Below are positions 7,885 through 18,828 of a stretch of 64,000 nt of DNA, piece by piece. The stretch lies in assembly GCA_963790155.1 (NCBI GenBank), contig CAWBNL010000004.1, positions 1,164,013-1,228,012 of the forward strand. The letters are read 5' to 3'. The notes under the pieces are model-generated. The model was not told the DNA's origin. It saw only the letters and a list, made by a program, of their open reading frames with translations, and ran no database searches. This stretch comes from an uncultured Actinomycetota bacterium (GTDB lineage Bacteria > Actinomycetota > Actinomycetes > Propionibacteriales > Nocardioidaceae). The translations under genes and the position numbers were made by a program. Numbering within the stretch: the first letter of the stretch is position 1; every line of letters starts with the position of its first letter.

Positions 7885-10800
7885 ATGCTCGATTCCGACC
7901 AGCCCGAGCGCAACGAGGCCGGCACCGACGACACGACCGACACCGCGCCGGCCACCCCGCCCGCCGCACCCGTCGTCACCCGCCGCACGCGCAAGTCCCC
8001 GGCGAAGAAGGCTGCTGCCCCCGCCGCGTCCGTCGAGTCCGAGGCGCCGATCCCTGCGTCGGAGCCAGCGACCGCGGCCGGTGACGAGGTGCCGGTGAAG
8101 AAGGCCGCCGCCCGCAAGGCGCCGGCGAAGAAGACCGCCGCCAAGCGCGCCTCCGCCAAGAAGACCGCCGCTACGGAGCCCCCCGTCGCGGACGAGACGG
8201 CCCTGGACACCACGCCGACCGGTGAGTCCGATCCCGAGCCGGCCGAGGTCGCCCAGGTCAAGAAGACAACCGCACGTCGCAGCACGGCCAAGAAGACGAC
8301 CACTCGCACGTCGACCGCTGCGCAGGCGGCCACGGATCCTGAGGGCGCCGACCCTGCGACGGACGAGGTGGCCCCGCCCAGCGAGCCCGGGCACGCCGTG
8401 GTCTTCCAGGCACCCGTGGCCACGACCACCCGTCGTACGCGCAAGCGCGCTGAGCCCGTGGTGGACGAGCCCGTCGTGGACGAGACCCTGGCGGAGGACC
8501 CGACCGACGAGGACGAGGCGCTCGAGGACGCTGTGCAGGACGAGACCGACGTCGCCGAGGAGACACCTCGCACCAGGCCCGCCCGCAAGCGCGGCGCGAG
8601 CAGGAAGTCGACCGGAGCGCAGGCGGCCGCCACGCCCGAGACGACAGATGCTCCCGGGCCGGACACCGACGGACAGCCGGACGAGGACGAGACGGACGAC
8701 GCATCGTCCTCCGACGAGACGGACGACGCATCGTCCTCCGACGACGAGGCCGGTGACGCCGACGGCGGTCCCGCCCGCCGCCGTCGCCGCCGTGGAGGCC
8801 GTCGCCGGCGCAAGTCGTCCGACGGCTCGGACGCAGCCGACGGAACCGAGACCCCGGACGCCGCCGAGGACGACGAGCCCACCCGCAGCTCGCCGGCCGA
8901 CGCATCCGAGGCAGGCGATGACGAGGCCGCGAGCGCAGCCTCCGGCGACGACTCCGCCGATGACTCCTCGGACGCGGCGGGCGATGGCAACGGCGAGGGT
9001 TCCTCACGCCGTCGTCGGCGCCGCCGCCGCTCCGGTGACGACGGTGGCGGTGACGACCAGGACGCCAGTACCGTGACCCGAGTCCGCAAGACCCGCTCCG
9101 CCGAGGACCAGATCACCGCCGTCGCCGGCTCCACCCGCCTCGAGGCCAAGAAGCAGCGTCGTCGCGAGGGCCGCGAGGCCGGGCGCCGTCGCGCCCCGAT
9201 CGTGAGCGAGGCCGAGTTCCTGGCGCGCCGCGAGTCGGTCGAGCGGGTCATGGTGATCCGCCAGCGCGAGGAGCTCACCCAGATCGGCGTGCTGGAGGAC
9301 AAGGTGCTCGTGGAGCACTACGTCGCCCGCGAGTCGCAGACCTCGCTGATCGGCAACGTCTACCTCGGGCGGGTGCAGAACGTGCTGCCCTCGATGGAGG
9401 CAGCCTTCATCGACATCGGCAAGGGTCGCAACGCCGTGCTCTACGCCGGCGAGGTGAACTGGTCGTCGCTGGGCCACAAGGAGGGTCAGGCTCGCAAGAT
9501 CGAGTCGGTGCTCACGAGCGGTCAGATGATCCTGGTGCAGGTCACCAAGGACCCGATCGGTCACAAGGGCGCCCGGCTGACCAGCCAGGTGAGCCTCGCT
9601 GGTCGCTTCCTGGTCTACGTCCCGGACGGCACCACCTCGGGCATCTCGCGCAAGCTTCCCGACACCGAGCGCAACCGCCTCAAGGCACTCCTCAAGGAGC
9701 TCGTCCCCGACACCGCGGGCGTCATCGTGCGCACTGCTGCCGAGGGGGCGAGCGAGGACGAGCTGACCCACGACGTCGAACGACTGAAGGCGCGCTGGGA
9801 GGACATCGAGAAGAAGTCGGCCCACAAGGGTTCCGGTCCGCAGATGCTCTACGGAGAGCCCGACCTGACCCTCAAGGTCGTGCGGGACCTCTTCACCGAG
9901 GACTTCTCCAAGCTCGTCATCGAGGGCGAGGACGCCTGGGACACCGTTCGCGGCTACGTCGAGTCCGTGGCCCCCGACCTCATCGACCGCGTCCAGAAGT
10001 TCGAGCGGGGCGCGACCGGTGGCGACATCTTCGCGACCTACCGTGTCAACGAGCAGATCCAGAAGGGCCTGGACCGCAAGGTCTGGCTGCCCTCGGGCGG
10101 GTCGCTGGTCATCGACCGGACCGAGGCGATGACCGTCGTCGACGTCAACACCGGCAAGTTCACCGGCTCCGGGGGCAACCTGGAGGAGACCGTCACCAAG
10201 AACAACCTCGAGGCGGCCGAGGAGATCGTGCGTCAGCTGCGGCTGCGCGACATCGGCGGCATCATCGTCGTCGACTTCATCGACATGGTGCTGGAGTCCA
10301 ACCGCGACCTGGTGGTCCGCCGCCTGGTCGAGTGCCTGGGTCGCGACCGGACCCGTCACCAGGTCGCCGAGGTCACCTCGCTGGGGCTCGTGCAGATGAC
10401 CCGCAAGCGGATCGGCACCGGTCTCGTCGAGGCCTTCAGCGAGAACTGTGAGCACTGCCAGGGTCGAGGTGTGGTCATCAAGGACCAGCCCGTCGACCCG
10501 GAGGCCAGGTCTGATGACAGCGATGGTCGGCGCACCGGTCGGCGTCGCGGGCGTCGCGGCGCGGGCGACGAGAACGAGACCGTCGCCAGGCCCGTCGAGC
10601 ACGTCCACAGCGCGCCCTCGCCCAGGGACGTCGCTGCGATGCCCCGTCACGAGAAGGTGGCCGAGCAGGTCGACGACGTCGAGGAGGTCGAGCACGTCGA
10701 AGGGGACTCCGACGCCGTGTCCGCCGAGCCTGAGGCCACGAAGGCGCCCGCTGTCGAGATGGCGGCCGAGGTGACTCCCGAGGCCGCCGAAGCCCCTGAC

Positions 10801-11160
10801 GAGAGCCCCGCAGAGAGCCCTGACGAGAGTCCTGACGAGAGCCCCGACGAGACCCCCGACAGGACCTCTGACGAGAGCCCCGCAGAGAGCCCTGACGAGA
10901 GCCCTGTCGCGAGCCCCGTCGCAGACGAGAAGCCGCGGGTGGTGACACGTACGCGTCGTCGCTCGGCCAGTCGCCCTGCCGGACCGCCGATGCTGTCGGC
11001 TGGAACGCCTCTCGGGGTGGCAGTCACGCCGCCCGAGTCGGGGTTGGTCGAGCCGGGCACCGCGGAGCTCGAGTCGGGCAGCGAGGACGGCGAGCCCGAC
11101 GCCGATGCACCGGCGGTCGAGCACGTCCCGATCAAGAAGAAGGGCTCGCGCAAGCGTTGA
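7885..11160 (+). CDS. rne: Ribonuclease E/G family (actinobacterial RNase E) with long disordered N- and C-terminal extensions
   Basis: GNVYLGRVQNVLPSMEAAFIDIG (S1), DVNTG, LRLRDIGGIIVVDFIDM, CEHCQGRG; ATG 7885 after GAGGAG. Confidence 0.95.
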   Translation: MLDSDQPERNEAGTDDTTDTAPATPPAAPVVTRRTRKSPAKKAAAPAASVESEAPIPASEPATAAGDEVPVKKAAARKAPAKKTAAKRASAKKTAATEPPVADETALDTTPTGESDPEPAEVAQVKKTTARRSTAKKTTTRTSTAAQAATDPEGADPATDEVAPPSEPGHAVVFQAPVATTTRRTRKRAEPVVDEPVVDETLAEDPTDEDEALEDAVQDETDVAEETPRTRPARKRGASRKSTGAQAAATPETTDAPGPDTDGQPDEDETDDASSSDETDDASSSDDEAGDADGGPARRRRRRGGRRRRKSSDGSDAADGTETPDAAEDDEPTRSSPADASEAGDDEAASAASGDDSADDSSDAAGDGNGEGSSRRRRRRRRSGDDGGGDDQDASTVTRVRKTRSAEDQITAVAGSTRLEAKKQRRREGREAGRRRAPIVSEAEFLARRESVERVMVIRQREELTQIGVLEDKVLVEHYVARESQTSLIGNVYLGRVQNVLPSMEAAFIDIGKGRNAVLYAGEVNWSSLGHKEGQARKIESVLTSGQMILVQVTKDPIGHKGARLTSQVSLAGRFLVYVPDGTTSGISRKLPDTERNRLKALLKELVPDTAGVIVRTAAEGASEDELTHDVERLKARWEDIEKKSAHKGSGPQMLYGEPDLTLKVVRDLFTEDFSKLVIEGEDAWDTVRGYVESVAPDLIDRVQKFERGATGGDIFATYRVNEQIQKGLDRKVWLPSGGSLVIDRTEAMTVVDVNTGKFTGSGGNLEETVTKNNLEAAEEIVRQLRLRDIGGIIVVDFIDMVLESNRDLVVRRLVECLGRDRTRHQVAEVTSLGLVQMTRKRIGTGLVEAFSENCEHCQGRGVVIKDQPVDPEARSDDSDGRRTGRRRGRRGAGDENETVARPVEHVHSAPSPRDVAAMPRHEKVAEQVDDVEEVEHVEGDSDAVSAEPEATKAPAVEMAAEVTPEAAEAPDESPAESPDESPDESPDETPDRTSDESPAESPDESPVASPVADEKPRVVTRTRRRSASRPAGPPMLSAGTPLGVAVTPPESGLVEPGTAELESGSEDGEPDADAPAVEHVPIKKKGSRKR
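8686..8739 (+). repeat. Exact 27-bp tandem duplication in rne (DETDDASSS x2)
   Basis: GACGAGACGGACGACGCATCGTCCTCC occurs twice in tandem. Confidence 0.9.
10795..10906 (+). repeat. Degenerate 12-bp coding tandem repeat (PDES/PAES) in rne C-terminus
   Basis: Repeated CCYGACGAGAGY / CCCGCAGAGAGC units. Confidence 0.85.
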
Positions 11161-11201
11161 CCCCCCGAGGGGAGCGGCTGGGGGAGCTGGCGGACGGCGT
11201 T

Positions 11202-11231
11202 TTGCCCGGTCGCCACTCGATCCCGTAGTCT
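11202..11231 (+). promoter_or_regulatory. Housekeeping sigma promoter of rplU-rpmA
   Basis: TTGCCC-18 nt-TAGTCT. Confidence 0.6.
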
Positions 11232-11374
11232 TGCCCCTCGGTGTTCGACACACCGATTCTGCGCGCCCGCCATGTGGCGTACTCGCCCGAGGTCCAGGCG
11301 GTGTCGTGCGCAGTCCCGCAAGTTTCTATGACCTGATTTTTCATCACCTGTAGTCCTGAGGAGAGTGACTCGCC

Positions 11375-11674
11375 GTGTACGCAGTCGTGCGCAGTGGCAG
11401 CAAGCAGCAGAAGGTTGCCGTCGGCGACGTCATCGAGATCGACGCGATGGCCGCAGCCGGGGACACCCTCACCCTTCCCGTGGTGATGATCGTCGACGGC
11501 GAGAAGGTCACCGCGACCGGTCTCGACTCCGCGAGCGTGACCGTCGAGGTCACCGGGCGCACCAAGGGCCCGAAGATCATCATCCAGAAGTACAAGAACA
11601 AGACCGGTTACAAGAAGCGCCAGGGTCACCGCCAGAAGTACACCCAGGTCAAGGTCACCGACATCTCCCTCTGA
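11375..11674 (+). CDS. rplU: 50S ribosomal protein L21
   Basis: MYAVVRSGSKQQKVAVGD...KYKNKTGYKKRQGHRQKYT. Confidence 0.98.
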   Translation: MYAVVRSGSKQQKVAVGDVIEIDAMAAAGDTLTLPVVMIVDGEKVTATGLDSASVTVEVTGRTKGPKIIIQKYKNKTGYKKRQGHRQKYTQVKVTDISL

Positions 11675-11719
11675 GCGCTCGCTCGAGGTCGACACGTCTC
11701 TCTTCAGAAGGACTGAACA

Positions 11720-11974
11720 ATGGCTCACAAGAAGGGTGCTGCGAGCACCAAGAACGGCCGTGACTCCAACTCCCAGCGCCTCGGTGTGAAGCGGTTCGGC
11801 GGTCAGGTCGTCGGCGCGGGCGAGATCATCGTCCGCCAGCGCGGGACCCACTTCCACCCGGGCACCGGCGTGGGACGTGGCGGCGACGACACCCTGTTCG
11901 CCCTGCAGGCCGGCGCCGTCGAGTTCGGCACCCGTCGCGGTCGCAAGGTCGTCAACATCACGCCCGTCGTCTGA
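11720..11974 (+). CDS. rpmA: 50S ribosomal protein L27
   Basis: [24 protein letters not shown]. Confidence 0.99.
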   Translation: MAHKKGAASTKNGRDSNSQRLGVKRFGGQVVGAGEIIVRQRGTHFHPGTGVGRGGDDTLFALQAGAVEFGTRRGRKVVNITPVV

Positions 11975-12042
11975 CGTCGTTTAGTCGACACGAGGGCGGG
12001 AGTCGAGCCCGAGCGGCTCGTCTCGCCATCCGTCCCACCACT

Positions 12043-12067
12043 GGGCGTCCCACCTGGGGCGCCTTTT
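12043..12067 (+). terminator. Putative intrinsic terminator after rpmA
   Basis: GGGCGTCCCA/TGGGGCGCCT stem followed by T-run. Confidence 0.6.
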
Positions 12068-12100
12068 GTGGTTTCAGCACCATCCACAGCAAGGAACACC

Positions 12101-13687
12101 ATGGCCATCCCCACGTTCGTCGACCACGTCACGCTGCACCTCGCAGCCGGACGGGGAGGCAACGGTGTGGCCTCGGTGCACCGCGAGAAGTTCAAGCCTC
12201 TCGGCGGTCCTGACGGGGGCAACGGGGGTCAGGGCGGGTCGATCATCCTCGAGGTCGACACGAGCGTCACGACGCTCGTGGACTACCACCACGGCCCCAA
12301 GCGCCGCGCCGACAACGGCGGCCAGGGCGCGGGCGACCACAAGAACGGCGGCAACGGCAAGGACCTGGTCCTGACGGTTCCCGACGGGACCCTGGTCAAG
12401 GACGCCGAGGGCAACGTGCTGGCCGACCTGGTGGGCCACGGGACGACCTTGGTGATCGCGGCCGGCGGTCGCGGTGGGCTCGGCAACGCCGCCCTCGCCT
12501 CGTCCAAGCGCAAGGCCCCCGGGTTCGCCCTGCTGGGCGAGCCGGGCGACGAGCTCGACGTACGCCTCGAGCTGAAGGTCGTGGCCGACATCGGTCTGGT
12601 CGGGTTCCCCAGCGCCGGCAAGTCCTCGCTCATCGCGGCGATCTCGCGGGCCCGGCCCAAGATCGCCGACTACCCCTTCACCACCCTCATCCCCAACCTC
12701 GGCGTGGTCACGGCGGGTGAGACCACCTTCGTGGTCGCGGACGTCCCCGGCCTGATCGAGGGGGCCGCGGAGGGTCGCGGCCTCGGGCATGACTTCCTGC
12801 GCCACATCGAGCGGTGCGCCGCGCTGGTCCACGTCATCGACACGGCCTCGATCGAGCCCGGTCGCAACCCGCTCGACGACCTCGACATCATCGAGGGCGA
12901 GCTCGCCCGCTACGGCGGGCTCGAGGACCGGCCCCGGCTGATCGCCCTCAACAAGGTCGACGTGCCCGACGGCCAGGACATCGCCGACATGGTCGTCGAG
13001 GAGCTCCGGTCCCGCGACCTTCGCGTCTTCGAGGTCAGCGCGGCGTCCGGCGCCGGCACGCGCGAGCTCACCTTCGCGATGGCGGAGATCGTCACCGCGG
13101 CCCGCGAGAAGGCGCCTGCGGTCCAGACCGAGCGGATCGTGCTGCGTCCCAGGGCGGTGGACAGCCGCGTCGAGTTCGAGGTGGTCTCCGCCAACGACCC
13201 GTCGGCGGAGCCGGGACACGCGGCGTGGCGGGTGCGCGGGTCCAAGCCCGAGCGCTGGGTGCGCCAGACCGACTTCAGCAACGAGGAGGCCGTGGGCTTC
13301 CTCGCTGACCGCCTCAACCGGATCGGTGTCGAGGTCAAGCTGGCGCAGCTCGGTGCCCAGGAGGGCGACACGGTCCTCATCGGCGCCGAGGACAACTCGG
13401 TGGTCTTCGACTTCAAGCCGAGCATCGAGGCCGGTGCCGAGATGCTGGGCCGTCGGGGCGAGGACGAGCGGCTCCGCGAGCAGCGGCCCGCGCGCACCCG
13501 GCGTACGGAGATCGCCGAGGCGATGGAGACCAGGTCCGAGGAGGAGGAGCGCGCCGACGTGGCCCGCCGCCTCGACGCGGACCGCAAGAAGGGGCCCAAC
13601 CGCAGCTCGGGCACCTCCGGGATCGGCCCGATGGCCTACGAGATCGGCACCAAGGACGACCCCGACTGGGACGGTAGTGACGACTGA
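12101..13687 (+). CDS. obgE: GTPase ObgE/CgtA
   Basis: FVDHV...[33 protein letters not shown]. Confidence 0.97.
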   Translation: MAIPTFVDHVTLHLAAGRGGNGVASVHREKFKPLGGPDGGNGGQGGSIILEVDTSVTTLVDYHHGPKRRADNGGQGAGDHKNGGNGKDLVLTVPDGTLVKDAEGNVLADLVGHGTTLVIAAGGRGGLGNAALASSKRKAPGFALLGEPGDELDVRLELKVVADIGLVGFPSAGKSSLIAAISRARPKIADYPFTTLIPNLGVVTAGETTFVVADVPGLIEGAAEGRGLGHDFLRHIERCAALVHVIDTASIEPGRNPLDDLDIIEGELARYGGLEDRPRLIALNKVDVPDGQDIADMVVEELRSRDLRVFEVSAASGAGTRELTFAMAEIVTAAREKAPAVQTERIVLRPRAVDSRVEFEVVSANDPSAEPGHAAWRVRGSKPERWVRQTDFSNEEAVGFLADRLNRIGVEVKLAQLGAQEGDTVLIGAEDNSVVFDFKPSIEAGAEMLGRRGEDERLREQRPARTRRTEIAEAMETRSEEEERADVARRLDADRKKGPNRSSGTSGIGPMAYEIGTKDDPDWDGSDD

Positions 13688-14801
13688 CCGCTCGGCTCTG
13701 GTCCGGGCGGCACGACGCATCGTCGTCAAGGTGGGGTCGTCCTCGCTGACGACCGCTGCGGGCGGGATCGACCCGTCCCTCGTACGCCGTCTCGTGGACG
13801 TGCTGGCCGCCTCTCGCGCCGCCGGGGCCGAGGTCGTGCTCGTGTCGTCCGGCGCCATCGCCGCAGGACTGGCTCCGCTGGGCCTGACGAAGCGTCCCAG
13901 CGGGCTGGCCGCGCAGCAGGCGGCTGCCTCCGTGGGTCAGGGCCTGCTGGCCCACCGGTACCAGGAGGAGTTCGCCCGTCACGGCATCGTGACCGGTCAG
14001 GTCCTTCTCACCGTCGACGACGTCACCCGCCGCGTCCACTACCGCAACGCGCACCAGACGTTCGCGAAGCTGCTCGAGCTCGGTGTGGTCCCGATCGTCA
14101 ACGAGAACGACACCGTGGCGACGTCGGAGATCCGGTTCGGCGACAACGACCGCCTCGCCGCGCTCGTCGCGCACCTGGTGCACGCCGACCTGCTGCTGCT
14201 GCTCTCGGACGTCGACGGGCTCTACGACGGACCGCCGAGCCGCGCGGGCTCACGGATGCTCCCGGTCGTGCGCTCGGAGGCGGACCTCGCCGCTGTGACC
14301 ATCGGTCCCGCCGGATCGGCGGGTGTCGGCACGGGCGGGATGACGACGAAGGTCGACGCCGCCCGGATCGCCACCGGCGCCGGCATCGACGTCGTGCTCA
14401 CCTCGGCCGAGCGGGCCTCCGCGGCACTCTCGGGCGAGGACGTCGGCACGCTCTTCGAGGCGACCGGCAGGCGTCGCCCGACCCGTTTGCTGTGGCTCGC
14501 CCATGCGACCACGGGCCAGGGCACCCTGACGCTCGATGCCGGTGCCGTACGTGCGGTGGTGTCACGTGGCGCCTCCCTCCTGCCGGCGGGGATCACCGGC
14601 GTGTCGGGTGCGTTCACGGCGGGGGACCCGGTCGACCTGCTCGATCCCGACGGGACGACCGTGGCGCGCGGACTGGTGAACTTCGACGCCGACGAGCTGC
14701 CGGCGCTGCTCGGGCGCTCGACCAGCGAGCTCAAGGTCGCTCTCGGGGCTGCCTACGAACGCGAGGTCATCCATCGCGACGACCTGGTGCTGCTGGGCTG
14801 A
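13677..14801 (+). CDS. proB: Glutamate 5-kinase with PUA domain
   Basis: [38 protein letters not shown]; GTG 13677. Confidence 0.96.
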   Translation: MTTDRSALVRAARRIVVKVGSSSLTTAAGGIDPSLVRRLVDVLAASRAAGAEVVLVSSGAIAAGLAPLGLTKRPSGLAAQQAAASVGQGLLAHRYQEEFARHGIVTGQVLLTVDDVTRRVHYRNAHQTFAKLLELGVVPIVNENDTVATSEIRFGDNDRLAALVAHLVHADLLLLLSDVDGLYDGPPSRAGSRMLPVVRSEADLAAVTIGPAGSAGVGTGGMTTKVDAARIATGAGIDVVLTSAERASAALSGEDVGTLFEATGRRRPTRLLWLAHATTGQGTLTLDAGAVRAVVSRGASLLPAGITGVSGAFTAGDPVDLLDPDGTTVARGLVNFDADELPALLGRSTSELKVALGAAYEREVIHRDDLVLLG

Positions 14802-15076
14802 CTGCCCTGGTCCAACGGTCGAAATCCAAGGGTCGATCCGTGATCGTCTCTTGATCGAACATGTGTGTGCATATACGTCGTGAGGGAGTAGCGTCTATCT
14901 CACGTTCCTCGCAGCTGCGGGCCACCAGGGTCACCTCCCCGGTGCGCCATTCCCGAGCTCGGGGGGCGAGTTGCGAGGGTCAGTAATTGTCCGGGGCGAT
15001 CCCGGGCCTCCAGGAGCGACGACCGTTGAGTGTCACGCGTTCGCGGGGTGTACCCGTCGTCGAGGGGAGGCCATCG

Positions 15077-16398
15077 GTGAGTCATCCGATCATCACTGCG
15101 GTCTGCGACATCCGCGCCCTGTTGAAGGGTGTGGCGGGCGCCAACCCGACGTTCATGACAACCGCGGAGAAGGCGACCGCGCTGGGTGAGCTCGTACGAG
15201 CCGAGGCCCAGGTGGCGGAGCTGCGGTTGCGGGTCCTGGCCGACGCCTCCGACCTCGCGGAGTCGACGGCTGCGAAGGACGCAGCAGGCTGGGTCGCGCA
15301 CGAGACCCGCACCCGCATCGCTGACGCGCGCGCCGACCTCACCCTCGCCACAGCGCTGGACCGCTCCCGTCCGGTCCTGGCTGCCGGGATGCGCGACGGC
15401 GACGTGACGTTCGCGCAGGCCCACGTCATCCGTCGTGCACTCGACGCCCTCCCCGCACGGGTCCCGTCCGACACGATCGCGCTGGCTGAGTCACAGCTGG
15501 TCGCCTACGCCCGCGAGTTCGGGCCCGCAGAGCTCGGGCGACTCGGGCGACGGATCCTCGACATCGTCGCCCCCGAGATCGCCGAGCAGGCCGAGGCCGA
15601 CCGCCTCGCGGATCTCGAAGCCCACGCCGCGGAGAAGACCCGCCTCACGATGCGCCGCCAAGGAGACGGCACCACCCGCATCTCCGCACTCGTGCCCGGA
15701 CGCGACCGCGACCCGGTTCGCGACCTACCTCGAAGCCTTCGCCAACCCCCGCACCCACCGACGCCACACCGCGCCAGCACCGGCACGTGCACCGACACCA
15801 GCACCAGCACCGGCACAACTTCGACCCACGAACGCGGCCGATCCGCTCACCCGGCTGCCGTACCCCAAACGCCTCGGCCAGGCGCTGGGTGAGTTCCTCG
15901 AGGCCGTCGACCCGAGTCGTCTCCCGATCCACGGCGGGGACGCGACCACCGTCATCGTCACTATCCCGCTGGCTTCTCTGCGCACCGAGATGGGGGCAGC
16001 GGACCTCATCGGCGCCGGACTCGTGCCCGGCGACGACCTCACCGGCGACCGCATCACCGCAGCCCACGCCCGACGGCTCGCGTGCACCGCGAAGATCCTC
16101 CCCGCCGTCCTCGACGCGCCACTCCCTGCCCCTCGACCTCGGACGAGCGAAACGACTGTTCACCCCCGCACAACGCAAAGCGCTCCTGATCCGCGACCAG
16201 ACCTGCCGAGCCGAAGGGTGCGACACCCCCGGCACCTGGTGCGACGCCCACCACCTCAACCCCTGGAGCCAAGGCGGAGCCACGGACCTCGACAACGCGG
16301 TCCTGCTCTGCCCACACCACCACCACCGGATCCACGACACCGCCTACCGCACCGACCGACTTCCCCACGGAGACCTCCGCTTCCACCGCCGCACGTAG
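15077..16398 (+). pseudogene. DUF222/HNH endonuclease (13E12/REP13E12-like), two +1 frameshifts
   Basis: Coding continuity across three frames with shifts near 15696 and 16120; C-terminal RDQTCRAEGC...CDAHH..PW..GG.TDLDNAVLLCPHHH HNH motif. Confidence 0.85.
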
Positions 16399-16526
16399 GA
16401 GCGTGGCTCGCCCTCGCGTCTGTGTTCCTCGCGCACGCCGCCAGCGTCGGCTACGCCGGCCGCGTCGGTGACGAAGAAGGCAGTGCGGGGGGAGAACGGA
16501 CTCATGCCCCGTAGGCTTGGCGGGCC

Positions 16527-17708
16527 ATGACCCCACCGCTCGTCTACCTCGACCACGCCGCGACCACGCCGATGCTGCCGGTCGCGGTCGAGGCGATGAC
16601 CCGACAGCTCACGGGGATCGGCAACGCCAGCTCCCTGCACGCGTCGGGGCGTGGGGCGCGACGAGTGGTCGAGGAGTCCCGCGAGTCGATCGCGGGAGCC
16701 ATCGGTGCTCGTCCCGCCGACGTCGTCTTCACCTCCGGTGGCACGGAGTCGGACAATCTCGCGCTCAAGGGCATCTTCTGGGCACGCCGCGACCAGGACC
16801 CGCGTCGTACGCGCATCCTGGCCACCTCGATCGAGCACCACGCCGTCCTCGACCCGCTGCACTGGCTCGGCAGGTACGACCATGCCGACGTCGAGCTGTT
16901 GCCCGTCTCCGCAGAGGGCGTCCTCGACGTCGGTGCGCTCAGGGACTCCATCGCCAGGGACCCGGAGTCGGTCGCCCTGATCTCGGTCATGTGGGCCAAC
17001 AACGAGGTCGGGTCGCTGCAGCCCCTCGGCGAGGTCGTGGCCCTTGCCGCCGAGCATCGGATCCCCGTGCACACCGACGCCGTGCAGGCGCTCGGTCAGG
17101 TGCCGGTCGACTTCGCCGCGTCGGCCGTGGACGCGCTCACCTTCACCGGCCACAAGGTCGGGGGGCCCTACGGCGTCGGCGCCCTCGTCGTACGGCGTGA
17201 CCTGTCGGTGAGCGCCCTCGTGCACGGCGGCGGCCAGGAGCGCGACATCCGCAGCGGCACGCTCGACGTACCCGCCATCGCGGGTCTCGCAGCCGCGGTC
17301 GAGGCGTCGGTCAAGAGCCAGCACGAGCATGCCGTGCGGATCTCCCAGCTGCGTGACGACCTGGTGGGCCGGGTCATCACGGTCGTCCCCGACGCGCACC
17401 TGCACGGCGCGCCCATGGGTCCTGGTCGTCTGCCCGGCAACGCCCATCTCGGCTTCCCCGGCTGCGAGGGCGACTCGATGCTGATGTTGCTCGATGCCCG
17501 CGGGATCGAGTGCTCGACGGGGTCGGCCTGCTCTGCGGGCGTCCCCCAGCCCTCCCACGTCCTGCTGGCGATGGGGTGCGACGACGACCAGGCCCGTCAC
17601 TCGCTGCGTTTCTCGCTCGGCCACAGCACCGTGCCCTCCGACATCGATGCCCTCGTGGAGGCGATCGGTCCGGTCGTCGAGCGCGCGCGGGCGGCGAGGC
17701 GACGCTGA
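16527..17708 (+). CDS. iscS: Cysteine desulfurase (IscS-like)
   Basis: [38 protein letters not shown]. Confidence 0.93.
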   Translation: MTPPLVYLDHAATTPMLPVAVEAMTRQLTGIGNASSLHASGRGARRVVEESRESIAGAIGARPADVVFTSGGTESDNLALKGIFWARRDQDPRRTRILATSIEHHAVLDPLHWLGRYDHADVELLPVSAEGVLDVGALRDSIARDPESVALISVMWANNEVGSLQPLGEVVALAAEHRIPVHTDAVQALGQVPVDFAASAVDALTFTGHKVGGPYGVGALVVRRDLSVSALVHGGGQERDIRSGTLDVPAIAGLAAAVEASVKSQHEHAVRISQLRDDLVGRVITVVPDAHLHGAPMGPGRLPGNAHLGFPGCEGDSMLMLLDARGIECSTGSACSAGVPQPSHVLLAMGCDDDQARHSLRFSLGHSTVPSDIDALVEAIGPVVERARAARRR

Positions 17709-17724
17709 TGGCGCGGTCCCTGCC

Positions 17725-18828
17725 ATGAGGGTCGTCGCCGCCATGTCCGGCGGGGTGGACTCCGCAGTCGCGGCAGCGCGGGCCGTCGCGGCCGGTCACG
17801 ACGTGACCGGCGTGCACCTCGCCCTGAGCCGCAACCCCGCGTCCTACCGCTCCGGCGCCCGCGGCTGCTGCACCATCGAGGACAGCAACGACGCCCGACG
17901 CGCCGCGGACGTCATCGGCATCCCGTTCTACGTCTGGGACCTGTCCGAGTCCTTCCACCAGGACGTGGTCGAGGACTTCATGGACGAGTACGCCGCTGGT
18001 CGCACGCCCAATCCCTGCCTGCGGTGCAACGAGAAGATCAAGTTCGCAGCCGTCCTCGATCGTGCGCTCGCGCTGGGTTTCGACGCGGTCGCGACAGGTC
18101 ACTACGCCCAGCTGCGCACCGGTCCCGACGGCCTTATCGAGATGCACCGGGCAGCCGACCAGGGCAAGGACCAGTCCTACGTGCTCGGGGTGCTGACCCA
18201 GGAGCAGCTGGCCCACTCGATGTTCCCCCTGGGGGACACCGACAAGCCAGCCGTACGCCGCGAGGCCGAGGCCCGCGGGCTGCTCGTGGCGGACAAGCCC
18301 GACTCCCACGACATCTGCTTCGTCGCGGACGGTGACACGGCGGGCTGGCTGCGCGAGAAGCTCGGCGACCGAGCCCCCAACCACGGCGGTGACATCGTCG
18401 ACGCGACGACCGGCGAGAGGGTCGGCAGCCACACGGGCACCTACGGCTTCACGATCGGCCAGCGCCGCGGGCTGCGGCTGGGCACACCTGCGGCAGACGG
18501 GAAGCCGAGGTTCGTCCTCGACATCGAGCCCGTCAGCGGGACCGTCGTCGTCGGTCCCCGCGCACGGCTCGCGGTGGATCGCATCGCCGGGATCCGCCCA
18601 CGCTGGTGCGGGTCGGTCCCCGAGCGGGTCGAGGGGACCGTGCAGCTGCGCGCCCACGGCGCCGAGCACCGCGCGGTCGTCCGCGTCAGCGGGGACCACG
18701 TCGACATCGCCCTGCTCGACCCGGCCGAGGGCATCGCACCGGGACAGGCGGCAGTGATCTACGACGGCACCCGCGTCGTCGGATCCGCCACCATCGAGTC
18801 CACCCGCGCCGTCGGGGCGATCGGGTGA
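17725..18828 (+). CDS. mnmA: tRNA 2-thiouridine(34) synthase
   Basis: [35 protein letters not shown]. Confidence 0.97.
   Translation: MRVVAAMSGGVDSAVAAARAVAAGHDVTGVHLALSRNPASYRSGARGCCTIEDSNDARRAADVIGIPFYVWDLSESFHQDVVEDFMDEYAAGRTPNPCLRCNEKIKFAAVLDRALALGFDAVATGHYAQLRTGPDGLIEMHRAADQGKDQSYVLGVLTQEQLAHSMFPLGDTDKPAVRREAEARGLLVADKPDSHDICFVADGDTAGWLREKLGDRAPNHGGDIVDATTGERVGSHTGTYGFTIGQRRGLRLGTPAADGKPRFVLDIEPVSGTVVVGPRARLAVDRIAGIRPRWCGSVPERVEGTVQLRAHGAEHRAVVRVSGDHVDIALLDPAEGIAPGQAAVIYDGTRVVGSATIESTRAVGAIG

Noticed and set aside
10795-10906. Repeat array considered as possible CRISPR
   Set aside because: 12-bp in-frame coding units with no spacers and no cas genes in the window.
14987-15050. PafBC/RecA-NDp promoter upstream of HNH gene
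   Set aside because: TGTCCG and TGTCAC hexamers are present but lack a correctly spaced TAnnnT box.
15690-16125. Programmed ribosomal frameshifting in the HNH gene
   Set aside because: No slippery heptamer, and two independent +1 shifts would be needed; mutation or sequencing error is simpler.
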